A stretch of 51,256 nt of DNA. Source: Nitrospirota bacterium (GTDB lineage Bacteria; Nitrospirota; Thermodesulfovibrionia; Thermodesulfovibrionales; Dissulfurispiraceae). The notes under the pieces are model-generated. The model was not told where the DNA came from, made no database searches, and worked only from the letters and a program-made list of their open reading frames with translations. Position 1 is the first letter of the stretch, and every line of letters begins with the position of its first letter. The stretch lies in assembly GCA_040758355.1 (NCBI GenBank), contig JBFLWF010000019.1, forward strand, positions 1 to 51,256. The letters run 5' to 3'. Below, in pieces: positions 28,340-37,371 of this stretch. Made by a program: the position numbers and the translations under genes.

Positions 28340-28939
28340 TTATTTCTTCTTGGGCTTTGGTGCAGTCTCTACAGGCGCTGCAGGGGTATATGAACCTGCG
28401 CCTCCAAAAAGCCTTTCATCCATGCTGTTAAATCCCTGCGGTTTTGCGCTTGCAGCCTTTGGATCTGCCTTCATAGGATGGCATGCTGCACAGAAATTCT
28501 CCATCTTCGAGCCGTTAGCTCCGGCATCATACCTGAGATACCTGTAATTCGGATTTGATGGGTGCGGGTCATGGCAGCCGATACACTCGAATTTTCCATC
28601 CCTTAAAGCATCCTCTGGAACACGCGCTACCTTAGAGTTTACGCTGCTAAGTCCGTAAGGATGGCTCATGTGCGCCGCTATCGGCTTAATGCCCATGCCG
28701 CCCTTATCCGGATTCTGATGGCATCCGAGACAGAGAGCGGTTATTGTTGCATAAGGCTGTTTTGTCTTTGGATTGACATCCACCTTGTTCTGGGGCACTG
28801 CAAAGATTATGGTATCCTTTGCCATGTGTATTGAATGACAGCCAGAGCAGACCAGGCCGTCATGGCCTCCGAAGGCAAAAGCGCTCAGAGGCAGAAGAAG
28901 ACATGCAGCTACTACAAATAACATTCTGATAAAAAACAT
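28340..28939 (-). CDS. Tetraheme c-type cytochrome
   Basis: Signal peptide; CSGCH, CLGCH, CIGCHDPH, CAACH. Confidence 0.9.
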   Translation of the reverse strand: MFFIRMLFVVAACLLLPLSAFAFGGHDGLVCSGCHSIHMAKDTIIFAVPQNKVDVNPKTKQPYATITALCLGCHQNPDKGGMGIKPIAAHMSHPYGLSSVNSKVARVPEDALRDGKFECIGCHDPHPSNPNYRYLRYDAGANGSKMENFCAACHPMKADPKAASAKPQGFNSMDERLFGGAGSYTPAAPVETAPKPKKK

Positions 28940-29020
28940 AGAACCTCCTGAAAATAAAGATTTATGCTGTAAAACAGCAAAGAAATTATGTCTTGCTTAA
29001 CAATAACTTAACACCTTTTC

Positions 29021-29233
29021 CTATGCTGCCACCGAAACCTCTTGTAACTTTTCCTCTAATGTCTTAATCATATTCTGGATTGCTTCTACTTCTTTCTCTT
29101 CAAAGTATTTTTCGCCACATTGAGAACAGACATAAGCTGGAATTTTTTCGATAAAAAGGTGGTATCCTTTCCTATCAATTGTATATGCAACGGTTGCCTT
29201 TTCCATTTCACCATTGCATAATAAACACCTCAT
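29021..29233 (-). CDS. YgiT-type zinc finger protein (putative antitoxin; start revised to MRCLLC)
   Basis: CxxC...IPAYVCSQCGE; GGAGGA RBS; overlaps the DUF4258 stop. Confidence 0.85.
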   Translation of the reverse strand: MRCLLCNGEMEKATVAYTIDRKGYHLFIEKIPAYVCSQCGEKYFEEKEVEAIQNMIKTLEEKLQEVSVAA

Positions 29234-29565
29234 TTCTTCCTCCTTGTTTTGTAGTCTGTTTCCCATTTCTCTAACGATGGTATATATGCTGTTATTATAG
29301 CAAGATATTCCTCCTTTGGGGCACATACTATATGAACCGGTCTCCCACTGTTTGGAATTCCAAACATCAAACAACTATGTCCTCTTTTATCCTCTGGATA
29401 ATCTTCTATTATCTCTCCATTAAATATTACATATCTTACTTCATCTGTTGTTATCATCTCATCTTCGGCATTCATTTCATCAAGGGCATGGAGGGTATAG
29501 ATAATTTTCCTTTTAGCCGATTTTCTTATCAGTTCAATAAAATCCATTCTATATCTATTTTTCAA
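29230..29565 (-). CDS. DUF4258 protein (putative RNase toxin)
   Basis: YTLHA..EM, GEIIEDYPED.RG.SCL..G, RP.H.VC, IITAY.P...W. Confidence 0.85.
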   Translation of the reverse strand: MKNRYRMDFIELIRKSAKRKIIYTLHALDEMNAEDEMITTDEVRYVIFNGEIIEDYPEDKRGHSCLMFGIPNSGRPVHIVCAPKEEYLAIITAYIPSLEKWETDYKTRRKK

Positions 29566-29588
29566 TCAAAAAGCAGCCTGTCCCCTTT

Positions 29589-31619
29589 TTACGGGTCGTA
29601 ACCACCTTGATTACTATGCGTGGTACATCCAGTAACTGTACTATAACAGTTAGCTTTTGCATAACCAGTCGGAGTGCTTGCCTTCTTGAATCCGGTCATG
29701 ACGAGCTTGTCATATGTGCCTGCCCCAGTATAATCATAAGGTGGAATATCCGAAGTATAACCTATTAATCTCGACCTCTTTCCGCCGTGGGGTACGGCAA
29801 TATGGCACATCACACATATCCCTTGCCTATTCACATGCTTACTATGGACATTGTTATACCATGTTCCACCGGAATACATGGGATGGCAATTCAGACAGAA
29901 AAGGCCTGATGCGGTGCCGCCTGATATATCAGAGAGTTTCCACAGGGTAGAATAATCACTCTTAGTTGGCCAGTATTTATTCGTACCCTTTAGCATATAT
30001 TTAACATTCGCCCCATGCGGTCCTTTTGGATCTCCTGATGTCTCGTTATCAGTTCCGTGGCAGTCAGAGCAGTACATGGTCTGATTGCCAACAGCAGTCC
30101 ATGGCGAAGTCATCTGAGATGATACCAATGGTTTTGGTGCATAAGAGCCTGTCTGGTTGTTTAATGTTACTTCTACAGGATGCGCTGAGTAGTTGTTCGG
30201 ATTAAATTCCATTGCCTGATCCGTAACCGTTGCGCCTGATGCGGTTGTATATGTTGTAATACCGTCTGCATCTCTCAATGCCCAGTATGAATGGCATTTG
30301 TAGCATATCTGGTATTCATATGTTGATGACTCCTGGGTAGTAAATGTCGTTGGCACTGTCCATTTAGTGGCAGAACCAGGTTCTACTCCTGTTACCCCTA
30401 TAAGGGCGCCTGATTTAACTGTTTGGTTGGATGTATTATCAACAGTCGTCGGGTACCATGCAGATGTTCCCACGCGTGCAGGCGTATTCTTTGCCTTGTG
30501 CGGGTTGTGGCAGTCAACGCATTCCGCATGTTTGGAATCTGACCACTGAAGTCCTTTGCCGGCATCTGTGGGGTAAAGCACATCGAGGTCTGTATGCTTA
30601 CCTGATATTGTTGTTGTCGGATGTTTGTATGTCCTTGTTATAACAGTCTGAATTCTGTTTGTTGTCGCTGTTGCGCTTGAGCCATGGCATCCTGTCTCAA
30701 CAGGTGTATTGTCGCCTGCCCCCTGAAAACATGTGGTCTCTTCAGCCTGTCTTAATAAATACGGCGTGCCAAGGCCTTTATGCGTCCTGTGGCAGTTCAT
30801 GCAGACAAGGGATGTTATCGTCCCTGCACCAAAGGTTGTATTAACATCAGGATCTGCATAGGCTGCTGCACTTGTCTGGTGAATACTTCCCGACCACCCT
30901 GTCTTTGTATGGCATGCAGTGCATGTGTTGCTTATCTTTGCTGCAAATGTAGCGCCGCTGGTATCTCTCAGAAATCTGACATTTTCCAGATGCGGGTCAT
31001 GACATGATGAACATTCAACATAGTTCTTTGCACTTATACTGTAAAGCTTCATAGCCGTTGACGTCGGGTTTGTTATGAGCTCTATAGTCCTTGAGCCTGA
31101 GCCAAAGGCAATTGTTATTGCCGAGTTATACTCGATGCCGACGGGATGGTGTTTTGTAAGGTCTGTACCTATATAACCGGCTGCAGCGGTGGGCATCTTA
31201 TCTGCTGTAACACCCGACATTGCAATAAGGTTTGTTCCGAGTATAGTGCCTCTGACCATATAAACAGCGCCTACTGCAACCGTGCCGTCATGGCAGCTAA
31301 GACACTGCCTCGAAAGCATTCCCGGAGTTCCTGTCGTGGTTCCAAGCCCGGTAGGCAGAGTATAGCCTGCCCTGTGCAGGTATTCGCTTGTGTACATGGT
31401 ATATGCCGAGCCCGGCATGTCATGGTTCCATAGGGGCCTGCCCGGCTGTGCATTATGGGGTATGTGGCAAAACACGCATATCTCTGTCTCGCCAGTTGCC
31501 TTTATACCACCAGGGCCCGTAACAGACATATTATGCTTTGTGTTAACTATGCCTGCATATGAAAGACAGGTAAAGGCAAAAGTTATTGTAAAGACAAGGA
31601 TTTGAATAACGCGTTTCAT
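29589..31619 (-). CDS. Large multiheme cytochrome with an N-terminal OmcE-like module (10 CxxCH plus atypical motifs)
   Basis: TKHN, CVFCH.PH, PLWN, CLSCHDG, HHP, CSSCHDPH, then seven more CxxCH, one CX13CH and a terminal CX6CxxH. Confidence 0.88.
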   Translation of the reverse strand: MKRVIQILVFTITFAFTCLSYAGIVNTKHNMSVTGPGGIKATGETEICVFCHIPHNAQPGRPLWNHDMPGSAYTMYTSEYLHRAGYTLPTGLGTTTGTPGMLSRQCLSCHDGTVAVGAVYMVRGTILGTNLIAMSGVTADKMPTAAAGYIGTDLTKHHPVGIEYNSAITIAFGSGSRTIELITNPTSTAMKLYSISAKNYVECSSCHDPHLENVRFLRDTSGATFAAKISNTCTACHTKTGWSGSIHQTSAAAYADPDVNTTFGAGTITSLVCMNCHRTHKGLGTPYLLRQAEETTCFQGAGDNTPVETGCHGSSATATTNRIQTVITRTYKHPTTTISGKHTDLDVLYPTDAGKGLQWSDSKHAECVDCHNPHKAKNTPARVGTSAWYPTTVDNTSNQTVKSGALIGVTGVEPGSATKWTVPTTFTTQESSTYEYQICYKCHSYWALRDADGITTYTTASGATVTDQAMEFNPNNYSAHPVEVTLNNQTGSYAPKPLVSSQMTSPWTAVGNQTMYCSDCHGTDNETSGDPKGPHGANVKYMLKGTNKYWPTKSDYSTLWKLSDISGGTASGLFCLNCHPMYSGGTWYNNVHSKHVNRQGICVMCHIAVPHGGKRSRLIGYTSDIPPYDYTGAGTYDKLVMTGFKKASTPTGYAKANCYSTVTGCTTHSNQGGYDP

Positions 31620-31673
31620 ATACTCCCCTCTTTTAGTTCATCGTTCATAGTTCATAGACTCTATAAAATAATT

Positions 31674-31689
31674 AGCAAATTTAGTGCCA
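31674..31689 (-). promoter_or_regulatory. sigma54 -24/-12 promoter
   Basis: TGGCACTAAATTTGCT matches the TGGCAC-N5-TTGC consensus. Confidence 0.85.
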
Positions 31690-31734
31690 CAATTCATCAA
31701 GGTTCACGGTTAACGGTTCACTGTTAACAGTAAA

Positions 31735-32790
31735 CTATTTTTTCTGCTGTGAACTGTTAACTGCTGGCTGTGAACCCTTTAGATACCTGAATACCTGTAT
31801 CCTCATATTATAAGAATCTGCTACATATATTTTGTCATCATTTGAAATGCTGATGCCTGCCGGCAGGGCAAATTCGCCGCTGTTCGTCCCTCTCCTGCCG
31901 AATACGAGGAGAAGCTGGCCTGACTTATCGAATATCTGCACTGCCTCAAGGATGGTATCTGTAATATAAATATGGCCGTCGCTGTCGATAGCAATCCCTC
32001 TCGGATTTGCCAGATCGCCTGTTCCATCGCCCCTTTTGCCGAACTTCCCAACAAACTTCCCGTTCTTGTCCAGTATCTGCACCCTCACGTTCATCGTATC
32101 CGTGACGTATAAGTTCCCATCCTTTCCGATCGCAATAAAGGTGGGACGGTTAAACTGACCGTTGCCGCCGCCATACTCTCCAATGGTCTTTATATGTTTG
32201 CCGTCAAGGCTATAAACAAGGATATTGCTGGCAAGGGTATCGACTACATAGAGGGTTCCAGATGCCTTATCTATGGCAATGCCTGTAGGTCTCTGCATAG
32301 TATTGTCTGAGCCTATCTCCCTGATAAACTTTCCCTTTTCATTAAAGACATATACCCTCCTCGTGACCGAATCCGACACATAGATATTCCTTTCAGCATC
32401 TGTTGCCACGCTAATGGGTGAGGTAAGGCGGGACTTCTGGTTTATTCCCTCGATAACAAAATAATTATTGTCCTTGGGGTCGAATACATGCACCGACTGA
32501 TCAGCAGTATCGGTAAGGTATACCCTGCCGTTTTCATCTGCAAAGACACCGAACGGCTTTACAACACCCTCCCTCGACTCACCGGCGACAAACTCCCACA
32601 AGCGGCGGAAGAAGCCCTTTTTAATATCAAAGTCATCGGGAGTTGTAACGGTGTACAAAAATTCTATCCTCGGTTCCCATGGCGGCGGCGGCCAGACTAT
32701 GTGCTCCTTTTTCTTTTCAACCTTTGGTCCCATGGCAAGGGTGAATAGCGCCATAAGCATTGTTAACGCTAAAACTATTGTCTTTTTCAT
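31735..32790 (-). CDS. NHL-repeat six-bladed beta-propeller protein
   Basis: WPPPP.EPRI; repeated P.GIA.D..G.IY.TD..N.RVQ. Confidence 0.9.
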   Translation of the reverse strand: MKKTIVLALTMLMALFTLAMGPKVEKKKEHIVWPPPPWEPRIEFLYTVTTPDDFDIKKGFFRRLWEFVAGESREGVVKPFGVFADENGRVYLTDTADQSVHVFDPKDNNYFVIEGINQKSRLTSPISVATDAERNIYVSDSVTRRVYVFNEKGKFIREIGSDNTMQRPTGIAIDKASGTLYVVDTLASNILVYSLDGKHIKTIGEYGGGNGQFNRPTFIAIGKDGNLYVTDTMNVRVQILDKNGKFVGKFGKRGDGTGDLANPRGIAIDSDGHIYITDTILEAVQIFDKSGQLLLVFGRRGTNSGEFALPAGISISNDDKIYVADSYNMRIQVFRYLKGSQPAVNSSQQKK

Positions 32791-32799
32791 GTATATCTC

Positions 32800-34536
32800 C
32801 TAAAACGGTCTTGATGCCTGTAAAAATGTGGAAGACCTTGTCTTGACCCCTTTCGGCCCCTTTTCCCTCCACAACTCATTTCTAAGATTCAAGGTAATGC
32901 CCCTTAATTTATATTCTACACCCAAAAAGCCTAAAATTGTTGTGGCATCACTAATGCTTTCCTTGTAAAAGTTCAATCCGGCATTTGCTGCCAGGTCCCT
33001 CCTCAGGGCATATCTGAAGGTTAAGGTAGCATATCTAAATGTCCTCGGGGTAGTGCCTGTTTCAAATATGGCGCCGACCTTTGCATCGAGGCTTCCCCTG
33101 AATCCCAATTGCATGAAGTATCCGAGGGAATTATCCGAAGTAATTCTCCTTGTCCTCGAATACGATGATTTCCCTTCTATTTCATCGCCGATTATTTCTT
33201 CTTCCGAATAATTTAAAAGGCTCTGGAGGGTAAGGTTTCTTATAAAGCGGCCTACGAAGCCGCCATTTAAGGCATATCTCGTGGTCTTTCCGCCAAGGGA
33301 TGAACTGTAGTAATAATAGGAACCTCCTGCATTAATCTCAGAGCTTATTTTTTCGAAGAACTTAGACACACGCCCGCCTACGGAGTAGAACATGGAATTT
33401 CTGTCCTCTGCTGTGCTCGACTGCTGTGCAGTCCCGTTTACCGAAGCATCTGCAGAAAAGGTGAGCCCCTGAGACGCCTGTTTTGTGAAGACGAGGCCGA
33501 GGGTCAATGACTCTGTTCCATCATTGCCGAAATCCCCGGAACTCCTGTACAACATAAGGCTCTGGTTTGTAGTAAGATAAGGGCTGAGCTTATATGTCAT
33601 ATTTTCAAAAAATGTTACAAAAGTGCCTTTATTCTCCTTCTGTTCAATCCGGTTGCCGTAAAGGCTGAAGTTAGAATTAAAATCAGATGACGGCATGTAG
33701 TTCAAATTCATATTGGCCGTGGTGGTCGCAAACTCGGTAAAGCTGTTGTTGTTGTAACTCATATCCATATTAAAATTTGTGGTTTTGCCTCTCAGTCCCC
33801 ATGCGACCTTGGCATCGTTAATAGCCTCAAATTCGTTTTTATTTCTTTCAAAGTTATGCTGGTATGAATAAGTAGCGTCAATAAATTTGTCTTCCTTCCT
33901 GCTGTCGGCACCGAACATGAAACTCCTGTTTCTCCTGTCTGTTGCCTCGGTCTGTCCTACGGACCTTGTGTTGTCCTGGCGGATGTCGTACCTCATATTT
34001 ATGCCTTTCCCTAAAAAGGCATTGCCGAAAAGCCCGTATCTGTCAGAGGTCTGCTTTGTCTGGAAGGTCTGTGTTGGTTGCATCGTCCATGTGGGCAGTT
34101 CCATTTTTTCTTTAAATATAGTGAACGGATATTTTGTCCCCTGAATAAAGTCCAGCTTGAGATTATAATCCTTGCTCTTTGTCTTGGTAGATGTCTTTCC
34201 AGCACGGGACTCCTCTATATCAGAATCATCCTTCCTGAATGTTCCCCCAATGTTATACATCAAAAGCTTCGGACTGTAAACATGTCCCTGGTACTGTAAT
34301 TTGTATTCCTGAGTAATCGAGCTTTTCTCGGACTCGGCATCGATGTCTTTATTCCTGTCCTTCTGGTACGTTAGTTGGATAAGTCCGGAAAGACCGCTGG
34401 GTTTTTGTGCAAATGACATCAAAGGGAACATAAGGCTAAGCATATATATCGTAGTGCTGGTCAATCCATAAATCCATATCCCCCTCAACACCACTACCCC
34501 AAAAAGTCTGCGACTTTTTGGGGACCCCCTTTCCAC
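32800..34536 (-). CDS. Outer membrane beta-barrel protein (porin-cytochrome / export type); start uncertain
   Basis: Alternating amphipathic strands rich in Y/F/N/S, C-terminal Phe (QASRPF), cytochrome context. Confidence 0.75.
   Translation of the reverse strand: MERGSPKSRRLFGVVVLRGIWIYGLTSTTIYMLSLMFPLMSFAQKPSGLSGLIQLTYQKDRNKDIDAESEKSSITQEYKLQYQGHVYSPKLLMYNIGGTFRKDDSDIEESRAGKTSTKTKSKDYNLKLDFIQGTKYPFTIFKEKMELPTWTMQPTQTFQTKQTSDRYGLFGNAFLGKGINMRYDIRQDNTRSVGQTEATDRRNRSFMFGADSRKEDKFIDATYSYQHNFERNKNEFEAINDAKVAWGLRGKTTNFNMDMSYNNNSFTEFATTTANMNLNYMPSSDFNSNFSLYGNRIEQKENKGTFVTFFENMTYKLSPYLTTNQSLMLYRSSGDFGNDGTESLTLGLVFTKQASQGLTFSADASVNGTAQQSSTAEDRNSMFYSVGGRVSKFFEKISSEINAGGSYYYYSSSLGGKTTRYALNGGFVGRFIRNLTLQSLLNYSEEEIIGDEIEGKSSYSRTRRITSDNSLGYFMQLGFRGSLDAKVGAIFETGTTPRTFRYATLTFRYALRRDLAANAGLNFYKESISDATTILGFLGVEYKLRGITLNLRNELWREKGPKGVKTRSSTFLQASRPF
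34497..34523. repeat. Palindromic element CCCCAAAAAGTC-TGC-GACTTTTTGGGG
   Basis: 12-bp perfect stem; second copy at 49766..49793. Confidence 0.75.
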
Positions 34537-34572
34537 TCATCTTTTTTCCTCTTCATCAGCCCCAACCTGTCT

Positions 34573-35562
34573 TTATTGTATATATTGTATCTTTGCGTTT
34601 TCTCTCAGTCTTTTTATAAGGCCTTCCAGTCTCTCTTTCTGCATAGATTCTGTGAGCTCTTTTTTTAGTTTATCTTTTATCTCCTTGAGCTGGACCTGCC
34701 TTGAAGCCCTCTTTTCCTCGACCTTGATGATATGGTATCCGATGTCGGTTTCGAGGATCTCGCTTACCTGTCCGGCTTTCAAAGAAAAGGCCACTTTTTC
34801 GATGTCCTGCGGCATCGTGCCTCTGTGGACAAATCCCACGTCTCCACCCTTAATCCTGCTCATATCATGGGAATAGGTCTGCGCAATCTGGGCAAAGTCA
34901 GAGCCTGAAGTGATCTTTGAGTATGCCTCTTTTGCCCTTTCCTTTGCCTTTTTCTTCCCGTCGGGCTCGGATGGGTTTATCTTTACGTATACATACCTGA
35001 GTCTCACTGCCTCTGGTTCTTTAAACTTTTCAGTATTCTTTTTGTAATAGTCCTCAAGGTCTTTATCGGTAAGCGAGACCTTCACTTCCTTCTCGATAAG
35101 CTTTTCCACCATCATGCCTTCCCTGACCTTTTCCTCGAAGGTAGAGGCTGTCATGCCGCTCTTTTTCAGGGCATCCTCAAATGCCTTTTTGGTCTGATAA
35201 GACGCCTTAACTGCATCGAGTCTTTTCTTGAACTCCGAATTATCGATCTTCAGTCCCTGTCTTTTTGCCTCTGCATTTAAAAGCTCTGCATTGATGAGAT
35301 TCTCAAGAGCCTTTTTCTCTACCTCTGCCTGTTTTTCCGGCGTAACGCTGCGGTGATAAAGCTCCTGTGGCAATAGCCTGTTTACCTCCATGTCCAGTTC
35401 GACACGGGTAATTGCAGAGCCGTTCACCGTTGCTACAACCTTACTCTCCTTCAAATCAGAGGCAAAGGTAAAGGTATAGAAAAACAGCAGAAAGGTAAAG
35501 GTAGCGGTATAGAAAAAACTTAAAGCAACTCTTTTAAAATTTTTTTTCATCTTTACCTTCAC
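34573..35562 (-). CDS. SurA/PrsA-like parvulin peptidyl-prolyl isomerase (foldase)
   Basis: VATVNG..IT, F..IA..YS.D, GGDVG, GYHIIKV. Confidence 0.9.
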   Translation of the reverse strand: MKVKMKKNFKRVALSFFYTATFTFLLFFYTFTFASDLKESKVVATVNGSAITRVELDMEVNRLLPQELYHRSVTPEKQAEVEKKALENLINAELLNAEAKRQGLKIDNSEFKKRLDAVKASYQTKKAFEDALKKSGMTASTFEEKVREGMMVEKLIEKEVKVSLTDKDLEDYYKKNTEKFKEPEAVRLRYVYVKINPSEPDGKKKAKERAKEAYSKITSGSDFAQIAQTYSHDMSRIKGGDVGFVHRGTMPQDIEKVAFSLKAGQVSEILETDIGYHIIKVEEKRASRQVQLKEIKDKLKKELTESMQKERLEGLIKRLRENAKIQYIQ

Positions 35563-35573
35563 CTTACCTCTAC

Positions 35574-36695
35574 TTATTTCATTAAGTATTCTTTGTATTT
35601 TTCAGGATTTTCCTTCTTCCACTTTTCGCTCAGATACTGAAGCACCTGAACTCTATGGTTAAAGGAATCCACGATATATATCCTATCCTTCTCATCCACA
35701 TACACGCCCGCAGGAAGCCAGAAATATCCCGGCTCATGTCCGGGACCTCCGATGAAAAGGAGTATCTGTCCCTTGTCATCAAATATCTGCAGGTTGTCAA
35801 ATGCAGCGTCAGCCACATAAATATGGCCTTCGCTGTCGATGCCGATGCCTTTAGGCCTTGTAAAAGTACCGGGCACATCGCCGATCTGCCCGAATCTCTT
35901 TACAAATTTTCCATCCTTGTCAAAAACCTGCACCCTGAAGTTCTGTGTATCCACTATATAGATATTGCCTGTCTTTCTCTCGATGGCTACATTGGACGGA
36001 TAATTGAACTCCCCATCCCCGTCCCCTCTTTTGCCAAAGGTGAAAAGTGGATCGCCTTTAGTGGAGTAAACATGAACCATATGTCCGTAACTGTCAATTA
36101 TATAAAGTCTTCCAATATCATTGTTTATGGCAATACCTCCCGGGTTTTTAAATTCATCCTTTTTCCCGAGGGCTATCTTTAGATTGCCGTTCGCATCATA
36201 ACCGAATACCCTCTTCTGTTTTGCATCCGACACAAAGATGATGCCGTCGGATGAAACAGCAACGCCTGCCGGAAGGGCAAGTTTGCCAAGGTCCTTATAC
36301 CCCATGAAGGTTACCTTCTGCTCCTTCAGGTCAAAGACAAAGACAACTGCGCTCTGGGTATCCGTAACATACATCTTGTCTCCATAAGCAGTAACGCCAT
36401 AAGGCTTTTGGAGGTCGGTGCTGAACATCGTCTCACCCAGAACAGCTTCAAAAAAACCTTTCTTTTTAAAATCGCTTTCGCCTTTATAGCTGTTCACATA
36501 TGCCAATTTCGGTTCCTCAGGAGGTGAGGGCCAGATAAGCTTGACTTCCTTAACTGCAGGCGGAGCGCAGGAAAGACAGGCTAAGGTTAAGGAAAAGGAA
36601 AAGATGAAAAAAATTTTAGAAAGAAAGTGTATTTTCAGTTTTTTCTCTACCTCTGCCTTTACCTTTACCTGTTTCTGTTTACTCATGCCTATCAT
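35574..36695 (-). CDS. NHL-repeat beta-propeller lipoprotein
   Basis: Lipobox LACLSC, WPSPPEEP, NHL repeats. Confidence 0.9.
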   Translation of the reverse strand: MIGMSKQKQVKVKAEVEKKLKIHFLSKIFFIFSFSLTLACLSCAPPAVKEVKLIWPSPPEEPKLAYVNSYKGESDFKKKGFFEAVLGETMFSTDLQKPYGVTAYGDKMYVTDTQSAVVFVFDLKEQKVTFMGYKDLGKLALPAGVAVSSDGIIFVSDAKQKRVFGYDANGNLKIALGKKDEFKNPGGIAINNDIGRLYIIDSYGHMVHVYSTKGDPLFTFGKRGDGDGEFNYPSNVAIERKTGNIYIVDTQNFRVQVFDKDGKFVKRFGQIGDVPGTFTRPKGIGIDSEGHIYVADAAFDNLQIFDDKGQILLFIGGPGHEPGYFWLPAGVYVDEKDRIYIVDSFNHRVQVLQYLSEKWKKENPEKYKEYLMK

Positions 36696-36867
36696 CCTCC
36701 TCTACCTTTTCCTTTACCTTTTCCTGTCTCTCAAAGTATTCCCTTAATGCATCACGTATTATATCAGACATGGCAGCCCTTTTACCCTGTCTTTTGCTTA
36801 TATCAGCAACCATTTCGAGCAGATGCATCTTTATGTCTTTATCCAGATATATTGTTGTCTTTTCCAT
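36679..36867 (-). CDS. CopG/ribbon-helix-helix DNA-binding protein
   Basis: KTTIYLD ... MSDIIRDALREY. Confidence 0.7.
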   Translation of the reverse strand: MEKTTIYLDKDIKMHLLEMVADISKRQGKRAAMSDIIRDALREYFERQEKVKEKVEEDDRHE

Positions 36868-36876
36868 ATATTAAAG

Positions 36877-36910
36877 ATAGGTTATAGGTCATAGGTTATA
36901 GGTTATAGGC
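36877..36910. repeat. Heptamer array (ATAGGTT/C)x4-5 at the 3' end of the four-helix-bundle gene
   Basis: ATAGGTTATAGGTCATAGGTTATAGGTTATAGGC. Confidence 0.85.
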
Positions 36911-37265
36911 AAGAACGAGCTTTTATGAGTTTGCCTAACATTTTGCCTACCATTTCGCACTCTTCAGAGATATACTCGAATTCTTCATCTGAAAGATACC
37001 CTATTTCCTTTGAAATTATAATCTGAGTTAAAAGTTCTGCAAGAGACCCTTTGGATATATAGAGGAATCTTACAGAATCTTTATTTGTATCTCTTTCATC
37101 GCCCTCTGCAATATTGCTTGCTATGGAAATTGCAGCACGACGAATCTGATCTCTCAGTCCAAAATCTTTAGAAAAAGCTCCAGAATTCGTTACTTTACAG
37201 ACATATACTGCTAAATCTTTAGCCCTTTGCCATACCTTAAGTTCTCTAAACCCTTTTTCGCCCAT
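36903..37265 (-). CDS. Four-helix-bundle protein (23S rRNA IVP / bAvd-like family)
   Basis: F.EL.VWQ.A..L, DFGL.DQI.RAA.SI.SNIAEG, FL.ISKGS..E. Confidence 0.92.
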   Translation of the reverse strand: MGEKGFRELKVWQRAKDLAVYVCKVTNSGAFSKDFGLRDQIRRAAISIASNIAEGDERDTNKDSVRFLYISKGSLAELLTQIIISKEIGYLSDEEFEYISEECEMVGKMLGKLIKARSCL

Positions 37266-37292
37266 TACCTATTACCCATTACCTATTGCCTA
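37261..37292. repeat. Heptamer array (CCTATTA/CCCATTA)x4 containing the start of the four-helix-bundle gene
   Basis: CCCATTACCTATTACCCATTACCTATTGCCTA, inverted relative to 36877..36910. Confidence 0.85.
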
Positions 37293-37325
37293 ATCTTACC
37301 ATATATATGTCAAACTCAGAACTCC

Positions 37326-37357
37326 AAAAAAAAAGGGGAGAATGTCTCCCCTTTTTA
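37326..37357 (-). terminator. Rho-independent terminator after the OmcE-like gene
   Basis: A-tract-GGGGAGA-ATG-TCTCCCC-T-tract. Confidence 0.85.
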
Positions 37358-37371
37358 TCAAGATTTGCCCC

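Noticed and set aside
28975..28996. sigma54 promoter before the tetraheme gene at 28939
   Set aside because: TTGCT is present but there is no GG at the required 10-nt spacing.
29234..29374. N-terminal extension of the YgiT ORF
   Set aside because: It overlaps DUF4258, and the RBS and domain start at 29233.
36903..37265. Diversity-generating retroelement suggested by the Avd-like protein
   Set aside because: No reverse transcriptase and no template/variable repeat pair with adenine-specific mismatches in the window.
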